Notes: a model not told the origin generated them from the sequence alone. A stretch of DNA of 64,000 bases from Opitutia bacterium (GCA_050506795.1 JBJHCF010000017.1:1-64000); one strand, 5' to 3'; numbered from the stretch's first letter, positions 47,419-59,485 are shown. Translations and numbers: made by a program.

Positions 47419-48711
47419 TCAACCGGTGCCCGACGAATTCGTCTCCAGAGGAAGGTAGAGGGTGAAGGTGGTGCCTTCGTTGATCCGGGTACGCATGTGA
47501 ACCGCGCCGCGGTTGCGCCTGATCAGCCGCGACACGATAGCCAAACCGAGGCCGGTGCCCTGGGAATCCCTTTTGGTGGTGAAATAGGGTTCGAAGATGT
47601 CGTTGATGATATCTGAAGGAATCCCCTTTCCAGTGTCGCTTATGGCGATGCCGATATAGGGACGGTCGGAAGACAGCACTTCGGCGTTAATGATGCGTTC
47701 TTCCGGGCCATCCTGGAAATGCGCGGCTTCGGGCAGGTCGTCGAGTTTGAATGCCGACACTGAAACATGCTGTTGATCGGGCGAGCTTTGCAGGGAGTTG
47801 GTGACCAGGTTCAACAGGATCTGCATCAGTTCGGAACTGTGGATGAAGACGGTGGCGTCTTCTTCGAGGCGGTTGACTTTGATGACCGCTTTTTTGACCG
47901 ACGGGTGAACTTTGATCAGTTCCTCCAGATCCTGCAGGATGAGGTTGACGGAGATGAGTTGCCCCTCGGGTTTTTCGCGACGCAGCATTTCCAGGTGACG
48001 GTTGGAAATGCTGCAGCAGACGTTTACCTGCTGGGCAACGGTACTCATGTTTTCCCTGAATTCGTTGATTTCCTTGTTGCCCATTCCCGATGCCTCGGTC
48101 AAACGGTGCATCAGGATATCGACGTAACCACGAATAATGGTCAGCGGGTTATTGATGTCGTGCAGCACGCCGGCGTAGACCTGCGTCGAGGTGCGGGCCA
48201 TTTCCTCGCGCATCATGACATTCTCAAGATCCGTTTGCAGGGTGTCGAGTTTGCGGACCGATTCGTTGTAGCTGAGCGCGATGCGGCGGTGTTCCATGGC
48301 GTTTTCCACCGCCGTTCTCATGGCTTTGACGTTAAAGGGTTTGCCGATGTAATCCCTCGCTCCCAGGCGCAGGGCCTGTCGCGCGGTTTCCAGGGTTTCG
48401 TACGCCGTCAGCATGATGACTTCGATGTTGCGGTCGATCGCCTTCAAGCCGCGCAGCACATCCACTCCGGACATTCCCGACATGCGTATGTCGAGCACCG
48501 CGGCGTTGACGGGAGTGGTTTTGGCGATGGTCAGGGCCTCCTCACCAGACCTGGCCAGCACCACGTTGTAGCGGGATTCGAAAACGATTTTAAGAGATTC
48601 ACGCGGACCCTCCTCGTCGTCGACTATCAGGAGGGTCTCTCGGTCGCAAACTGGGTCGGGCATGGCTCGCGTCCCTTCGGGTTGACTGATGAGTGATTCC
48701 GGAGCGTTCAT
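47419..48711 (-). CDS. Hybrid receiver / histidine kinase (REC-HisKA-HATPase)
   Basis: LIVDDE, LDIRMSGMSG, LTAY, KPF; H-box LHDINNPL; QILLNLVTNS, DTGKG, FEPYFTTK, GTGLGL. Confidence 0.93.
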   Translation of the reverse strand: MNAPESLISQPEGTRAMPDPVCDRETLLIVDDEEGPRESLKIVFESRYNVVLARSGEEALTIAKTTPVNAAVLDIRMSGMSGVDVLRGLKAIDRNIEVIMLTAYETLETARQALRLGARDYIGKPFNVKAMRTAVENAMEHRRIALSYNESVRKLDTLQTDLENVMMREEMARTSTQVYAGVLHDINNPLTIIRGYVDILMHRLTEASGMGNKEINEFRENMSTVAQQVNVCCSISNRHLEMLRREKPEGQLISVNLILQDLEELIKVHPSVKKAVIKVNRLEEDATVFIHSSELMQILLNLVTNSLQSSPDQQHVSVSAFKLDDLPEAAHFQDGPEERIINAEVLSSDRPYIGIAISDTGKGIPSDIINDIFEPYFTTKRDSQGTGLGLAIVSRLIRRNRGAVHMRTRINEGTTFTLYLPLETNSSGTG

Positions 48712-50723
48712 GATAATGGGAGACGTGTGCGTACGCCGTGAGCGCCGGCCTGTTCGTGGAGGATTTCCAGGCTGCCGCCGTGGGCGTGGATGATTTTTTC
48801 CGCGACGGTCAGGCCGAGGCCGATGCCGACATTGCGGGTGGTGAAGAAGGGCTTGACCGCATCCTGCGCCTCCTTCTCGGAAAACCCTTTGCCGCCGTCC
48901 AGAAAATCGATGGAAACGAATGTTTGCGAGCCGTTGACCTTCAGAAACTCGCTGGTGATGGTGATCTCCGCCCGATCTTCGCCCGACTGCAGCGCGTTGA
49001 GGAGGATTTCCATGTAGGCGTATTTCAGTGTGGAAAGGTCACCCCGGATTTCGCAGTCGTGGAACGGACTGCTCCAGTTGAGATCACCGGTGCGACCGCA
49101 GTAGGACCGGGCTTCTTCGAAAGCTTTGGCCAGCAGTGATTTAAGTGACGATGACGCATCCGTGCCATTACGGCTGCGCGAGAGCAGGAGCATTTGGTCG
49201 GCAAAGCGGGAAATCCGGTTGATCTGCCGGCCCATGGTTTTGTTCAGTGACGAGCGGAATCCGTCCTTGTCAAAATCACTGTCTAAAAGCTGATGGTGTG
49301 TGCTCAGAGGCACCAGGGCGTTGCGAATTTCATGGGCGAAGCGTTCGGCGATCAGGGCGATGGTTTGGGCGTTCTGGGTCTCCAGTTCCATCTGTTTGGC
49401 CTTCTCAACCTGGGTGAAGTCCTCCATCAACATCATGGTGGCCGTCTCGTTATGGCCGCGGCGCGTTTGCAGCGGGAAGATGGAAATGCGGAAGATCCGA
49501 TTATCTCCGGGAAAATCGCTGAACATGAACGGCTCCACACTCTTCCCGTGCTGAACAACGTCGTAGATCCGACTGGCGATTTTGGTCGGAAGGTCGGAAA
49601 ATTCCACCCGCCGCCCAGGCTTCTTTTGCAGATACTCGACCAGTGCGGGATTGGCATGCAGCACCATGAGTTCCTGTGAGATGACCAGACAGCCGCTCCT
49701 GAACTGGCTGATGACATCAGAGATCAGTTCGTGGTTGCTGGAGAGTTCTTCGTGCAGACGGTTGTTGCGCACCGCCAGCCCGAGTTCCTCCATCAGGTGG
49801 AAAAGCAGCTGCAGTTCCTCGTCGGTAAACTGCGCTCCGGTAAGGCGGCCGCCCAGCAAAGCCACGCCGAGGCAACGTTCCCGGTCGACAATGGGAATCG
49901 CCACCTGGCAGCCGAGAACTTCGAACTCATGTCTCGTTTCTTCATCCTGGCGGATGAGAAGGTTGTTGTCGAAATCGGCTTTGAGGATTTGGCCGCTGCG
50001 GGCCACCGTGCCGCCGATACCGCTGTTGAGGTTGAGTTGAAAATATTGAAACAGGTCGATCTCGATGCCGATTGAGCACACGCAATCCAGGCGGGTGTCC
50101 TCCTGCGCCGAAGTGATGCCGGAGAAAGGCGCGGCCGGTTTGCGCAGGAGAATGGCGATGCGATTGACGCTGATGATTTCCCGCAGCTTCAGGCTGAACT
50201 GGTGGACGAACGATTTCAGGTCCAGGGAGTAGGAAAGAATCCGCGAAAAATCCCGCATAATCTCGAGGGCGGAGGCGGGAAGGTTTTCCCCCCGAACGTT
50301 GGTCGGCCCCGGACGAAGGAAAATCGAACTTCCGCTTTCAATCGGCGGCGGAAGGGCCTTTTCCCTCCCGGAAAGTTGTCGTTCCAGAATCTTCTGCAGC
50401 AGAGCGCCGCGCAGCGGCTTACGCAGAATAAAGTCAGCCCCGCGAATGCAGGCATCCTCTTCCCATTGCCGGTCGTCGTTGTCGGAGCAGAGGAGGAGCG
50501 AAATCGATGGCGCCGCCTCGCGGATCTGTTTTACCGTATCGAGGGCTGAAACCGGGTCCGATCCGGCATCGACAATGCACACTTTTGGAATCGCCGCTTT
50601 TAGCAAAGTAAAAGCTTTCGACGGCTCCTGGCAGGGATACAGACGAAAGTTTTTCTCGGACAGTACCACCCGCAACGACTCTGTAAATTCATTGCTTTCG
50701 GTTATGACGAGAATGTGCACCAT
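48708..50723 (-). CDS. Cytoplasmic hybrid histidine kinase (REC-like, GAF, PAS-like, HisKA, HATPase)
   Basis: GADFILRKP; GAF (AIPIVDR..LGV...FTDEELQLL...LA..N.RL); FAHEIRNAL; EILLNA, DGGKG, PFFTTR, GIGLGL; 4-nt overlap with downstream kinase. Confidence 0.9.
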   Translation of the reverse strand: MVHILVITESNEFTESLRVVLSEKNFRLYPCQEPSKAFTLLKAAIPKVCIVDAGSDPVSALDTVKQIREAAPSISLLLCSDNDDRQWEEDACIRGADFILRKPLRGALLQKILERQLSGREKALPPPIESGSSIFLRPGPTNVRGENLPASALEIMRDFSRILSYSLDLKSFVHQFSLKLREIISVNRIAILLRKPAAPFSGITSAQEDTRLDCVCSIGIEIDLFQYFQLNLNSGIGGTVARSGQILKADFDNNLLIRQDEETRHEFEVLGCQVAIPIVDRERCLGVALLGGRLTGAQFTDEELQLLFHLMEELGLAVRNNRLHEELSSNHELISDVISQFRSGCLVISQELMVLHANPALVEYLQKKPGRRVEFSDLPTKIASRIYDVVQHGKSVEPFMFSDFPGDNRIFRISIFPLQTRRGHNETATMMLMEDFTQVEKAKQMELETQNAQTIALIAERFAHEIRNALVPLSTHHQLLDSDFDKDGFRSSLNKTMGRQINRISRFADQMLLLSRSRNGTDASSSLKSLLAKAFEEARSYCGRTGDLNWSSPFHDCEIRGDLSTLKYAYMEILLNALQSGEDRAEITITSEFLKVNGSQTFVSIDFLDGGKGFSEKEAQDAVKPFFTTRNVGIGLGLTVAEKIIHAHGGSLEILHEQAGAHGVRTRLPLS

Positions 50724-50807
50724 TTTGTTTAGCTACGATAACCCAAGTAAGGTTCTATAAGATATTCTAAGAGTGTGCAACCTTTGAGGCGCATGTTACA
50801 GGAAAGT

Positions 50808-52046
50808 TTATTTTACCGTTCGAAAGACGAGACATGACGTATGTTTGTCGAATCCGGCGTTGAGGCTTACCGCCACGTTGACGGGGAATGCGCGTCCGTT
50901 TCCGGTCACGTAATCGAGATCGCAGGACGGATCGGGCTCCTGCAGGTTGATGGTCGGAGGGACGCCATGTCGCTCGATTGCCAGGGCGCAGATCGCGGCC
51001 TCCAGGGAACCCGCGGCACCGGCCCAGTGGCCGGTGACGGGTTTGGTGGCGCTGATCTGGAGACGGTGGGCGTCTTCTCTGAAGCATCGTTTTAGGGCCG
51101 AAGTTTCCTCGATGTCGTCGTCGGCGGTGGCGATTCCGTTGGCGTTGAGATAATCGACCTCGTGTGGCGCCACGCCGGCCCGGCGCAGAGCGATATTCAA
51201 GGATTCGAATGGGGCGGGGGATCCGGCAGGCGCCGATCGGGAATCCATGCTATGCGCATATTCCAGAATCTCAGCGTAGATTCTTGCGCCGCGGGCGCGC
51301 GCGGCGGACAGTTCCTCGATCACCAGAAACGCGGCGCCTTCTCCCAGGATGAAGCCGTCGCGGTCCCGGGAAAATGGTTTCATTGCCCGCTCCGGATGCT
51401 CGGACTCCCGACTCATCAGACCGGAGGCGGAAAAGACGCCCCAGAAATCGGGAATGATCGGGGTGTCTGCTGCGCCGGCGAGGACCCAGTCGGCGTCGTC
51501 GTTGCGAATGAGATTGAGGGCTTGCCCCAGTGCTTCAGTCCCGTTCCCGCACCGGGAGGAGATTGTCATGGCCCGGGCGCGCAGGTTCATTTCCAGCGTG
51601 ATTGCCGCCGCACCTCCTTCCGCGCGGGCGTTAAGAAAGGCCAGTGGGTCTCGTTTGGGCGGGTGGGTTCCGTTAATGTGTTCCTTGGGCTGGGGCAATG
51701 GATTGGCATGGCCGGCGGGGGCACAAGCGATCACCGCCGGTCGAAGTGGGGCGATGGCGGCGGCGGTGCAACCGGAGTCCTCGGTCGCCAGTCGCGCTGC
51801 CGCCACCGCGTACTGGGCGGCGAGAGAGTAGCCGTTGGCGGAACAGGATGAAAGGAATTCGGCGGGTGCGAATCCTTGGACGGTACAGGCCACTTTCGAG
51901 GGAAGCCCTGTGGTGTCGATGCGATCCACCAGCGAGGCGCTGCTGCGGCCGACCATCAGGTTGTCCCAAAAAGTGTTCAAATCGAATCCGTTTCCGGAAA
52001 CCAGGCCTATTCCGGTGATAACGGCTCTACGCTGTGGGAATTGCAT
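50808..52046 (-). CDS. FabF-like beta-ketoacyl synthase family protein with atypical active site
   Basis: RRAVITGIG, PFSRDRDGFILGEGA, ARGARIYAE, SATK..TGH..GAAG, VPPTINL; Cys kept but NAHG motif reads NANG. Confidence 0.85.
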   Translation of the reverse strand: MQFPQRRAVITGIGLVSGNGFDLNTFWDNLMVGRSSASLVDRIDTTGLPSKVACTVQGFAPAEFLSSCSANGYSLAAQYAVAAARLATEDSGCTAAAIAPLRPAVIACAPAGHANPLPQPKEHINGTHPPKRDPLAFLNARAEGGAAAITLEMNLRARAMTISSRCGNGTEALGQALNLIRNDDADWVLAGAADTPIIPDFWGVFSASGLMSRESEHPERAMKPFSRDRDGFILGEGAAFLVIEELSAARARGARIYAEILEYAHSMDSRSAPAGSPAPFESLNIALRRAGVAPHEVDYLNANGIATADDDIEETSALKRCFREDAHRLQISATKPVTGHWAGAAGSLEAAICALAIERHGVPPTINLQEPDPSCDLDYVTGNGRAFPVNVAVSLNAGFDKHTSCLVFRTVK

Positions 52047-52216
52047 GTGTTCGATCGTCCAGGTTCAGTCTCCTCGTTCCTGGGGCCCGGTGCGCCGATT
52101 GACGTGAACCGTATGGCTTTAATCCCAGAACAGATTGTATTCGATAAAACGTGCCGGCGGAAAGGCCAGCCAATTCATTCCCGGAACGTAGGGTGGGGGA
52201 ATCCCTGATGTGCGGC

Positions 52217-52291
52217 CGCGATGGTGCCTCAAGCGGGCGCGATGGCGCCTCAAAAAAAACAGTTGCATGCGGGTGACTCCCTTTTATGCAA
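52217..52291. promoter_or_regulatory. Direct repeat plus inverted repeat upstream of gltB
   Basis: CGCGATGGTGCCTCAA (52217-52232) and CGCGATGGCGCCTCAA (52238-52253); TTGCAT-N17-ATGCAA (52263-52291). Confidence 0.45.
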
Positions 52292-52301
52292 TCTTATCCT
52301 T

Positions 52302-55300
52302 ATGCGTACGGAATCTCATACACGTCCCGGTTGGCCGGAACCGCAGGGCCTTTACGATCCTTCCCATGAGAAGGACGCTTGCGGCATTGGTTTTGTCTGT
52401 CACGTCAAGGGCGTTCCATCCCATGACCTGATCCAGCACGCTTTGAAAATCCTGGTCAATTTGGATCACCGGGGCGCTTGCGGTTGCGAACCGAATACCG
52501 GAGACGGCGCCGGCATCCTTATGCAGATGCCGCATGAGTTTTTCCAAAAGGTTCTTCCCGGTGCGCACATCGATAATCTCCCCGAAGCCGGGTGCTACGG
52601 GGCGGGCCTGGTTTTTCTGCCTCGCGATCCGGAGTTGAGGAGGCACTGCGAAAAGAAGGTCGAAGAAATCGTCGCCGCCTGCGGCCAGGAGTTCATCGGC
52701 TGGCGGACCGTGCCGACCCGTAATTTCGAACTGGGATCCACCGCGGTGTCCTATGAGCCGGTCATTCGGCAGATGTTTGTCGGTCGCAACCCGGATCTTG
52801 AAAACGACTGGGATTTCGAACGCAAGCTCTACGTTATCCGGCGCGTCTGCTCGGCGGCTTTGCGTTACGGCAACGAAAAGACGGGCGACTTTTTCTACAT
52901 TCCGAGCTTAAGCGCCCGGACTTTGATCTACAAGGGAATGCTCACCCCCATCCAGGTGGAGAGCTATTTCTCGGACTTGGGCGATCCGGCCATGAAAACG
53001 GCCCTGGCGCTCGTGCATTCGCGCTTTTCCACCAACACGTTTCCGAGTTGGGAACGCGCCCAGCCGTTCCGCTACGTCTCACACAACGGCGAGATCAACA
53101 CCTTGCGCGGAAACGAGAACTGGATGCTGGCCAACCAGTGCGTCCTCAACAGCGAGCTTTTCGGCGACGACCTGAAGCGACTGCTCCCCATCGTCCGCGA
53201 GGACGGTTCGGATTCCGCCAAGTTCGATAACGTGCTGGAGTTTCTCACTCTCGCCGGACGTCCCATTCACCATGCCATTCTCATGATGATTCCCGAGCCC
53301 TGGGCCAATCATGAGAGCATGAGTGATGAGTTGAAGGCATTTTACGAATACCACGCCTGTCTGATGGAGCCCTGGGATGGACCCGCTTCCATCGCCTTTA
53401 CCGACGGACTTCGCATCGGCGCCATTCTCGATCGCAACGGGTTGCGTCCCTCCCGCTATTACGTCACCCGTGACGATTTGGTTATCATGGCCTCGGAAGC
53501 CGGCGTTCTCGACCACATTCCGGCCGAGTCAGTCAAGGTCAAAGGCCGCCTTCAGCCGGGCCGTATGTTCTTCGTGGATATGGATCAGGGCCGGATTATC
53601 GAGGACGAGGAGATCAAGAATGAACTTGCATCGGCTCACCCTTACCGCGAGTGGCTGAGCAAGCATCTCGTCGATATCAAGAGCCTGCCCGCGCCGCAGG
53701 AGTTTTACGGGGTGGATCATTCAACGGTGGTGCGCCGGCAACGGGCATTCGGGTACACCTACGAGGAACTGCGCATGATCATCGGTCCCATGAGCAAGAC
53801 CGGTATCGAGCCGGTGGGGTCCATGGGGAACGACGCCGCGCTGGCGGTGCTCTCCGACCGGCCCCAGTTGCTCTACAATTATTTCAAGCAGCTCTTTGCC
53901 CAGGTCACCAACCCGCCTATCGACTCCATTCGCGAGGAAATCGTCACGTCCACCGTCACTTACCTCGGTTCGGAATCGAACCTGATCAACCCGACCGAAA
54001 CCAGTTGCCGTCAGATCAAGCTGGACAACCCGATCCTGGACAACGAGGACCTCGAACGTTTGCGCCGGGTCAGCCGGCCGGGTTTCCAGGCCGTTACGCT
54101 GCCGATTCTCTTCCCCGGGGATACCGGGGGCGTGGGATTGGAACGCGGGTTGAACAAGCTCTACCGCGCCGCGGACCAGGCGGTGGCCGACGGCGCCAAT
54201 ATTCTCATTCTATCCGATCGCGGGGTGGACGATGACTATGCGCCGATTCCCGCCCTGCTGGCGGTTTCCGGCCTGCACCATCATCTGATACGCAGGGGAA
54301 CGCGCACCCGTTGCGCACTGGTTCTCGAGTCCGGCGAGCCGCGCGAAGTGCATCACTTCGCCAGCCTCATCGGTTATGGCGCCAGCGCCATCAACCCGTA
54401 CCTGGCGTACGAGTCCCTCTACGACATGATCGAAGAGGGGATGATCGACAACGATTTCGAGACCGCGGTCAGGAATTTCAACAAGGCTGCGGTTAAAGGC
54501 GTGGTGAAAACCATGTCCAAGATGGGCATTTCCACCGTCCAAAGCTATTGCGGCGCGCAGATTTTCGAGGCCGTGGGATTAAAAAAGGCTTTTGTTGACC
54601 GCTACTTCACCCGGACCTCCACCAAAGTGGAAGGCATCGGTCTCGAAGAGGTGGCCAGGGAGGCATCGGCCCGGCACCGCAAAGCCTATCCGGACCGGGA
54701 CACCAAGGACGACGGTGCGCTCGATTCGGGCGGTCTTTACGCCTGGAGGTCCAACGGGGAGGCTCACCTTTTTAATCCCCGGACGATTCACCTGCTGCAG
54801 GCCTCCACCCGCGAAGGGGATTACGCCAAGTTCAAGGAGTATTCTCAGAGCATCAACGATCAGACTCGCGACCTCCTGACCCTGCGGGGTATGATGCGCT
54901 TCAAGTCCGATCCGTCGCGTGCGATTCCCATCGAGGAGGTCGAGTCAGTGGACGACATCGTCAAGCGTTTCAAGACCGGCGCAATGTCCTACGGCTCCAT
55001 TTCCAAGGAAGCCCATGAGGCGTTGGCGATCGCTATGAATCGCATCGGCGGCAAGAGCAATACCGGTGAGGGTGGCGAGGATCCGGACCGTTACGTGATC
55101 GAGGTCAACGGTGATTCCCGCAACAGCGCTATCAAGCAGGTGGCCAGCGGCCGTTTCGGGGTCAGTATCTATTACCTGAATCAGGCCCGGGAAATTCAGA
55201 TCAAAATCTCCCAGGGCGCCAAGCCGGGCGAAGGCGGTCAGCTGCCCGGACATAAGGTTTTTCCGGACATCGCCAAGGTTCGCGGGACCACCGCGGGGGT

Positions 55301-56930
55301 TGGCTTGATTTCGCCTCCGCCGCACCACGATATTTATTCCATCGAGGACCTTGCCGAGTTGATTCATGACCTGAAGAACGCCAATCGCGACGCCCGCATC
55401 ACCGTCAAGCTGGTCTCGCTCGCCGGAGTCGGCACCATCGCCGCCGGTGTGGCCAAGGCGCACGCCGACACCATTCTGATTTCCGGCTATGATGGCGGCA
55501 CAGGCGCGTCGCCGCTGTCCAGCCTGATCCACGCCGGAACCCCCTGGGAACTGGGCCTGGCCGAAACCAACCAGACCTTGTTGCTCAACGATCTACGCAG
55601 CCGGGTTTACCTGGAATGCGACGGGCAGTTGAAGACCGGACGCGACGTTGCGATCGCCTGTTTGTTGGGCGCGGAGGAGTTTGGATTCGCCACCGCTCCG
55701 CTGGTGACATTGGGGTGCATCATGATGCGCGCCTGCCACAAGAACACCTGCCCGGTCGGCATCGCGACTCAAAACCCCGTCCTGCGCAAGAAGTACATGG
55801 GCGACCCGAACAACGTGGTCAATTTCATGCGCTTCATCGCTCAGGAAATGCGCGAGATCATGGCGGAACTCGGATTCCGCACCATCAACGAAATGGTGGG
55901 ACGTTCCGATTTTCTGGAAATGACAAAGAGCGCCGAGCACCAGAAGGCCGGCCAGCTCGATTTCTCCCGGATCTTCGCCCGACCGAAAGTCAAGCCCGGC
56001 GTCGGCACCTATCGCCAGAAGGAGCAGGATCACGGTCTGGATCACTCGCTCGATATCACCAAACTTCTGGCCATCTGCAAGCCCGCTCTGGAAAAGGGCG
56101 AGCCGGTGCGGGAGACCCTGCCGATTCTCAATGTCAACCGTGTGGTCGGCACCATTCTGGGCAGCGAGGTCACCCGGCGCTATGGGATGGAGGGACTGCC
56201 GGAGGATACCATCCACCTGAAATTCGAGGGTTCCGCCGGTCAAAGTTTCGGCGCGTTCATTCCGCGGGGAATGACCCTGGAACTGGAAGGCGATGCCAAC
56301 GACTATGTGGGCAAGGGCCTTTCGGGCGGCAAGATCATTGTCTATCCCCCGCGCCAGGCCACCTTCCGGCCGGAGGAGAACATGATCGCCGGCAACGTCG
56401 CTTTCTACGGGGCCACCGAGGGGGAAGCATACCTGTATGGAATGGCCGGGGAGCGCTTCCTGGTACGGAATTCCGGTGTTCGTGCGGTCGTCGAGTCGAT
56501 CGGGGATCACGGCTGCGAATACATGACCGGCGGACGCGCGGTCATTCTGGGTCCGACCGGTCGCAACTTCGGCGCCGGGATGTCGGGCGGCATCGCCTAC
56601 GTGCTGGATCTGGACGGCGGTTTTGCCCGCCGCTGCAACACGCAAATGGCCAATGTCTACGAGTTGATCGAATCCGACGAGGAGGAGATCGCCGAGGTCA
56701 GGGGCATGATCGAGCGGTACGTGAAATACACCGGCTCGCGGCACGGTCAGGAGATTCTCGACAGTTGGAAATCCGTGTTACCGAAGTTCAAACGCTTCCT
56801 GCCCAAGGATTTCGAACGCATGCTCAATGCGTTTCAGGAAGTCTCCAAATCGGGCCTCTCCGGCGATGACGCCGTCATGGCCGCCTTTGAAGCCAATACG
56901 CAGGACGTGACGCGTGTGGGCGGCAACTAA
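52302..56930 (+). CDS. gltB: Glutamate synthase large subunit
   Basis: EKDACGIGF (Ntn Cys), [53 protein letters not shown]...CP.G, GxGxG repeats. Confidence 0.98.
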   Translation: MRTESHTRPGWPEPQGLYDPSHEKDACGIGFVCHVKGVPSHDLIQHALKILVNLDHRGACGCEPNTGDGAGILMQMPHEFFQKVLPGAHIDNLPEAGCYGAGLVFLPRDPELRRHCEKKVEEIVAACGQEFIGWRTVPTRNFELGSTAVSYEPVIRQMFVGRNPDLENDWDFERKLYVIRRVCSAALRYGNEKTGDFFYIPSLSARTLIYKGMLTPIQVESYFSDLGDPAMKTALALVHSRFSTNTFPSWERAQPFRYVSHNGEINTLRGNENWMLANQCVLNSELFGDDLKRLLPIVREDGSDSAKFDNVLEFLTLAGRPIHHAILMMIPEPWANHESMSDELKAFYEYHACLMEPWDGPASIAFTDGLRIGAILDRNGLRPSRYYVTRDDLVIMASEAGVLDHIPAESVKVKGRLQPGRMFFVDMDQGRIIEDEEIKNELASAHPYREWLSKHLVDIKSLPAPQEFYGVDHSTVVRRQRAFGYTYEELRMIIGPMSKTGIEPVGSMGNDAALAVLSDRPQLLYNYFKQLFAQVTNPPIDSIREEIVTSTVTYLGSESNLINPTETSCRQIKLDNPILDNEDLERLRRVSRPGFQAVTLPILFPGDTGGVGLERGLNKLYRAADQAVADGANILILSDRGVDDDYAPIPALLAVSGLHHHLIRRGTRTRCALVLESGEPREVHHFASLIGYGASAINPYLAYESLYDMIEEGMIDNDFETAVRNFNKAAVKGVVKTMSKMGISTVQSYCGAQIFEAVGLKKAFVDRYFTRTSTKVEGIGLEEVAREASARHRKAYPDRDTKDDGALDSGGLYAWRSNGEAHLFNPRTIHLLQASTREGDYAKFKEYSQSINDQTRDLLTLRGMMRFKSDPSRAIPIEEVESVDDIVKRFKTGAMSYGSISKEAHEALAIAMNRIGGKSNTGEGGEDPDRYVIEVNGDSRNSAIKQVASGRFGVSIYYLNQAREIQIKISQGAKPGEGGQLPGHKVFPDIAKVRGTTAGVGLISPPPHHDIYSIEDLAELIHDLKNANRDARITVKLVSLAGVGTIAAGVAKAHADTILISGYDGGTGASPLSSLIHAGTPWELGLAETNQTLLLNDLRSRVYLECDGQLKTGRDVAIACLLGAEEFGFATAPLVTLGCIMMRACHKNTCPVGIATQNPVLRKKYMGDPNNVVNFMRFIAQEMREIMAELGFRTINEMVGRSDFLEMTKSAEHQKAGQLDFSRIFARPKVKPGVGTYRQKEQDHGLDHSLDITKLLAICKPALEKGEPVRETLPILNVNRVVGTILGSEVTRRYGMEGLPEDTIHLKFEGSAGQSFGAFIPRGMTLELEGDANDYVGKGLSGGKIIVYPPRQATFRPEENMIAGNVAFYGATEGEAYLYGMAGERFLVRNSGVRAVVESIGDHGCEYMTGGRAVILGPTGRNFGAGMSGGIAYVLDLDGGFARRCNTQMANVYELIESDEEEIAEVRGMIERYVKYTGSRHGQEILDSWKSVLPKFKRFLPKDFERMLNAFQEVSKSGLSGDDAVMAAFEANTQDVTRVGGN

Positions 56931-56987
56931 AGGCGCTCTGCCGAAACGTCGATTTATACAAGACCACCTTCAAGCTAAGCGATTGCT

Positions 56988-58481
56988 ATGGGAAAACTAA
57001 CCGGATTTCTGGAATACCAGCGCGAACTTCCGACCGACAGGGAACCAACGGAGCGGATCAAGGATTGGAAGGAATTCCACCACCCGATGCCGGAGGAGAA
57101 GCTGCGCGAACAGGGCGCCCGCTGCATGGATTGCGGCGTCCCTTTCTGCCATACGGGCACCACCATGAAGGGGCTCGCGGTCGGATGTCCGATCAACAAC
57201 CTGATCCCGGAGTGGAACGACCTGGTGTATAACAACCTCTGGGAGGAAGCTCTGGAGCGTCTGCACAAGACCAACAACTTCCCGGAATTCACCGGCCGCG
57301 TCTGTCCGGCGCCCTGCGAGAGTTCCTGTGTGTTGGGGATTACCGATCCGCCGGTCGCCATCAAGAGCATCGAGCAGGCTATTGTCGACCGGGGTTGGAG
57401 CGAGGGCTGGATCAAACCGACGCTGCCCGAGGAGCGGACGGGATACAAGATCGCCGTGGTCGGATCCGGTCCCGCGGGACTGGCGGCGGCCGATCAGCTG
57501 AATAAAGCCGGCCATAGCGTGACGGTTTACGAGCGAGCCGATCGCATCGGCGGTTTGCTCATGTACGGAATCCCCAACATGAAGCTCGACAAGGAAGAAG
57601 TGGTCCGGCGGCGGGTCGAGCTGATGGAGGCCGAAGGGGTCAAGTTCGTGACCAACTGCAATATCGGAGTCGACATTCCCGCACGTCAGTTGCGCAAGGA
57701 CAACGACGCCGTGCTCCTGTGCTGCGGGGCGACCAAGCCGAGGAACCTGGAGGTGCCGGGACGAAATCTCAAGGGCGTGCACTTCGCCATGGAATTTCTG
57801 CACGACAATACCAAGGCGCTTCTCGATCATGATTTCGAGGAAGGCCACCAGAGCATTTCCGCCACGGACAAGAATGTTATCGTTATCGGCGGCGGTGACA
57901 CCGGGACCGATTGCGTGGCCACTTCCATGCGCCAGGGCTGCAAGACCCTCCTGCAACTCGAGATTATGCCGCGTCCTCCGCAAGCGCGCGCCGACGACAA
58001 TCCGTGGCCGGAATGGGCCAAAGTCTACAAACTCGATTACGGTCAGGAGGAGGCCAAGGCCGTCTTCGGCGAGGATCCCCGCGAGTACCTGGTGACCGCC
58101 AAGCGGTTTGTCGGCGACGAAGACGGCAACCTTCAGGAAATCGAACTGGTCGGGGTCGAGTGGAAAAAGGACGAAAACGGCCGTATGAGCCTGCACGAAG
58201 TCAAAGGCAGCAACCGCACCATTCCGGCGCAACTGGTGCTTCTGGCGATGGGATTTCTCGGACCCGAGCAAATCATCATCGACCAGCTCGAACTCGAACA
58301 GGACGGTCGCAGCAACGTGAAGGCCGAGCACGGCAAATACGCCACCAACGCCGATGGGGTTTTCGCCGCCGGGGACATGCGCCGAGGGCAAAGCCTTGTC
58401 GTCTGGGCCATCAATGAAGGCCGTGGCGCCGCCCGCGAGATCGACCGTTTTCTCGTTGGCCGCACTCAGCTTCCGGGTTGA
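56988..58481 (+). CDS. gltD: Glutamate synthase small subunit
   Basis: [60 protein letters not shown]. Confidence 0.97.
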   Translation: MGKLTGFLEYQRELPTDREPTERIKDWKEFHHPMPEEKLREQGARCMDCGVPFCHTGTTMKGLAVGCPINNLIPEWNDLVYNNLWEEALERLHKTNNFPEFTGRVCPAPCESSCVLGITDPPVAIKSIEQAIVDRGWSEGWIKPTLPEERTGYKIAVVGSGPAGLAAADQLNKAGHSVTVYERADRIGGLLMYGIPNMKLDKEEVVRRRVELMEAEGVKFVTNCNIGVDIPARQLRKDNDAVLLCCGATKPRNLEVPGRNLKGVHFAMEFLHDNTKALLDHDFEEGHQSISATDKNVIVIGGGDTGTDCVATSMRQGCKTLLQLEIMPRPPQARADDNPWPEWAKVYKLDYGQEEAKAVFGEDPREYLVTAKRFVGDEDGNLQEIELVGVEWKKDENGRMSLHEVKGSNRTIPAQLVLLAMGFLGPEQIIIDQLELEQDGRSNVKAEHGKYATNADGVFAAGDMRRGQSLVVWAINEGRGAAREIDRFLVGRTQLPG

Positions 58482-58513
58482 AACGGGAACTTTAAGGTTT
58501 CAGGTTGAAAAGC

Positions 58514-58554
58514 AAAAGGAGCTCCTGCCGAATCCGGTACGGGCTCCTTTTTTT
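58514..58554 (+). terminator. Rho-independent terminator after gltBD
   Basis: AAAAGGAGCTC...GGGCTCC followed by T7. Confidence 0.75.
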
Positions 58555-58711
58555 GGCTTTTCCTTATCGCCTCCGACCGTGCCGCGGGGAATGACATGTA
58601 ATTGTCTGACTGTAAGGTGGGGGAAGGTTTTACAGAAGCATACTTTTTGCCCATTCCTGAGGGGCAGAGTTCGAGTCAATCTCTTAAAAAAACCAAGAAA
58701 AAGGGAATGGT

Positions 58712-59485
58712 ATGGTTAAATCAAAGATGATCCGCCTTGTTTGCCTGGCCGCTGTCGCCGCCGGGGTTCCTTTCTCCCAAGTCGCTTTTGGACAGGGTCT
58801 TGTCTTTAATGGTGGCGCCACGCTGACCACCGAGTTCGGTGCGGGGGCGGATACATTCCTGTCCAACGATACCAACGCAGGTCCGACCGTGGTCCACGGA
58901 GGCGCGGGGGCGATGAATGTACGCGCTATCAATGATTCGCGAGCCCGGATCATCCTGGTCCGCTTTGACGTCTCCGAGTTGGTGCCTTCCACATTGACCA
59001 ACGCCACGTTAACGTTGAATCTTACGACGGCGACCAGGGCGCGCGATTGGAATGTATTCGGCTCCTCCGACCCCGTGGTGAATGCCTGGGACGAGTTGAC
59101 CACCAACTACGAGAATGCTCCGGGAATTCTTCCTGCGGATTTGGGCAATTACAATATCGACACCACGGTTTGGGAGAACCTCGGGACCTTTAATATCCAG
59201 GCCGCCACGGGACAGCAGACCAGCGACACCGGCAGCTTGAACCTGGATGACCTTCTCACCGGCAATACCGATGGCATGGTATCGCTCCTTCTGGCCTTTC
59301 CCAGTGGCACCGATACCAACCCGGACTGGTGGGTGACGAGCAAAGAGGGTGACCCCTTGCTGGCGCCGACTCTCAATCTCCCGGATGCCCAGGTCATTCC
59401 GGAACCGTCCACCTACGCCGCCATCTTTGGGGCGTTGGCGCTTCTCGGAGTGCTCTGTCTGCGTCGCTGGCGACGTTTGAGTTGA
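58712..59485 (+). CDS. PEP-CTERM surface protein with DNRLRE/CBM96-like domain
   Basis: Signal peptide; ADTFLSN, LVRFDVS, ATLTL, WDE.T.NY.NAPG, SKEG...P.L; IPEPSTYA + TM + RRWRR. Confidence 0.88.
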   Translation: MVKSKMIRLVCLAAVAAGVPFSQVAFGQGLVFNGGATLTTEFGAGADTFLSNDTNAGPTVVHGGAGAMNVRAINDSRARIILVRFDVSELVPSTLTNATLTLNLTTATRARDWNVFGSSDPVVNAWDELTTNYENAPGILPADLGNYNIDTTVWENLGTFNIQAATGQQTSDTGSLNLDDLLTGNTDGMVSLLLAFPSGTDTNPDWWVTSKEGDPLLAPTLNLPDAQVIPEPSTYAAIFGALALLGVLCLRRWRRLS

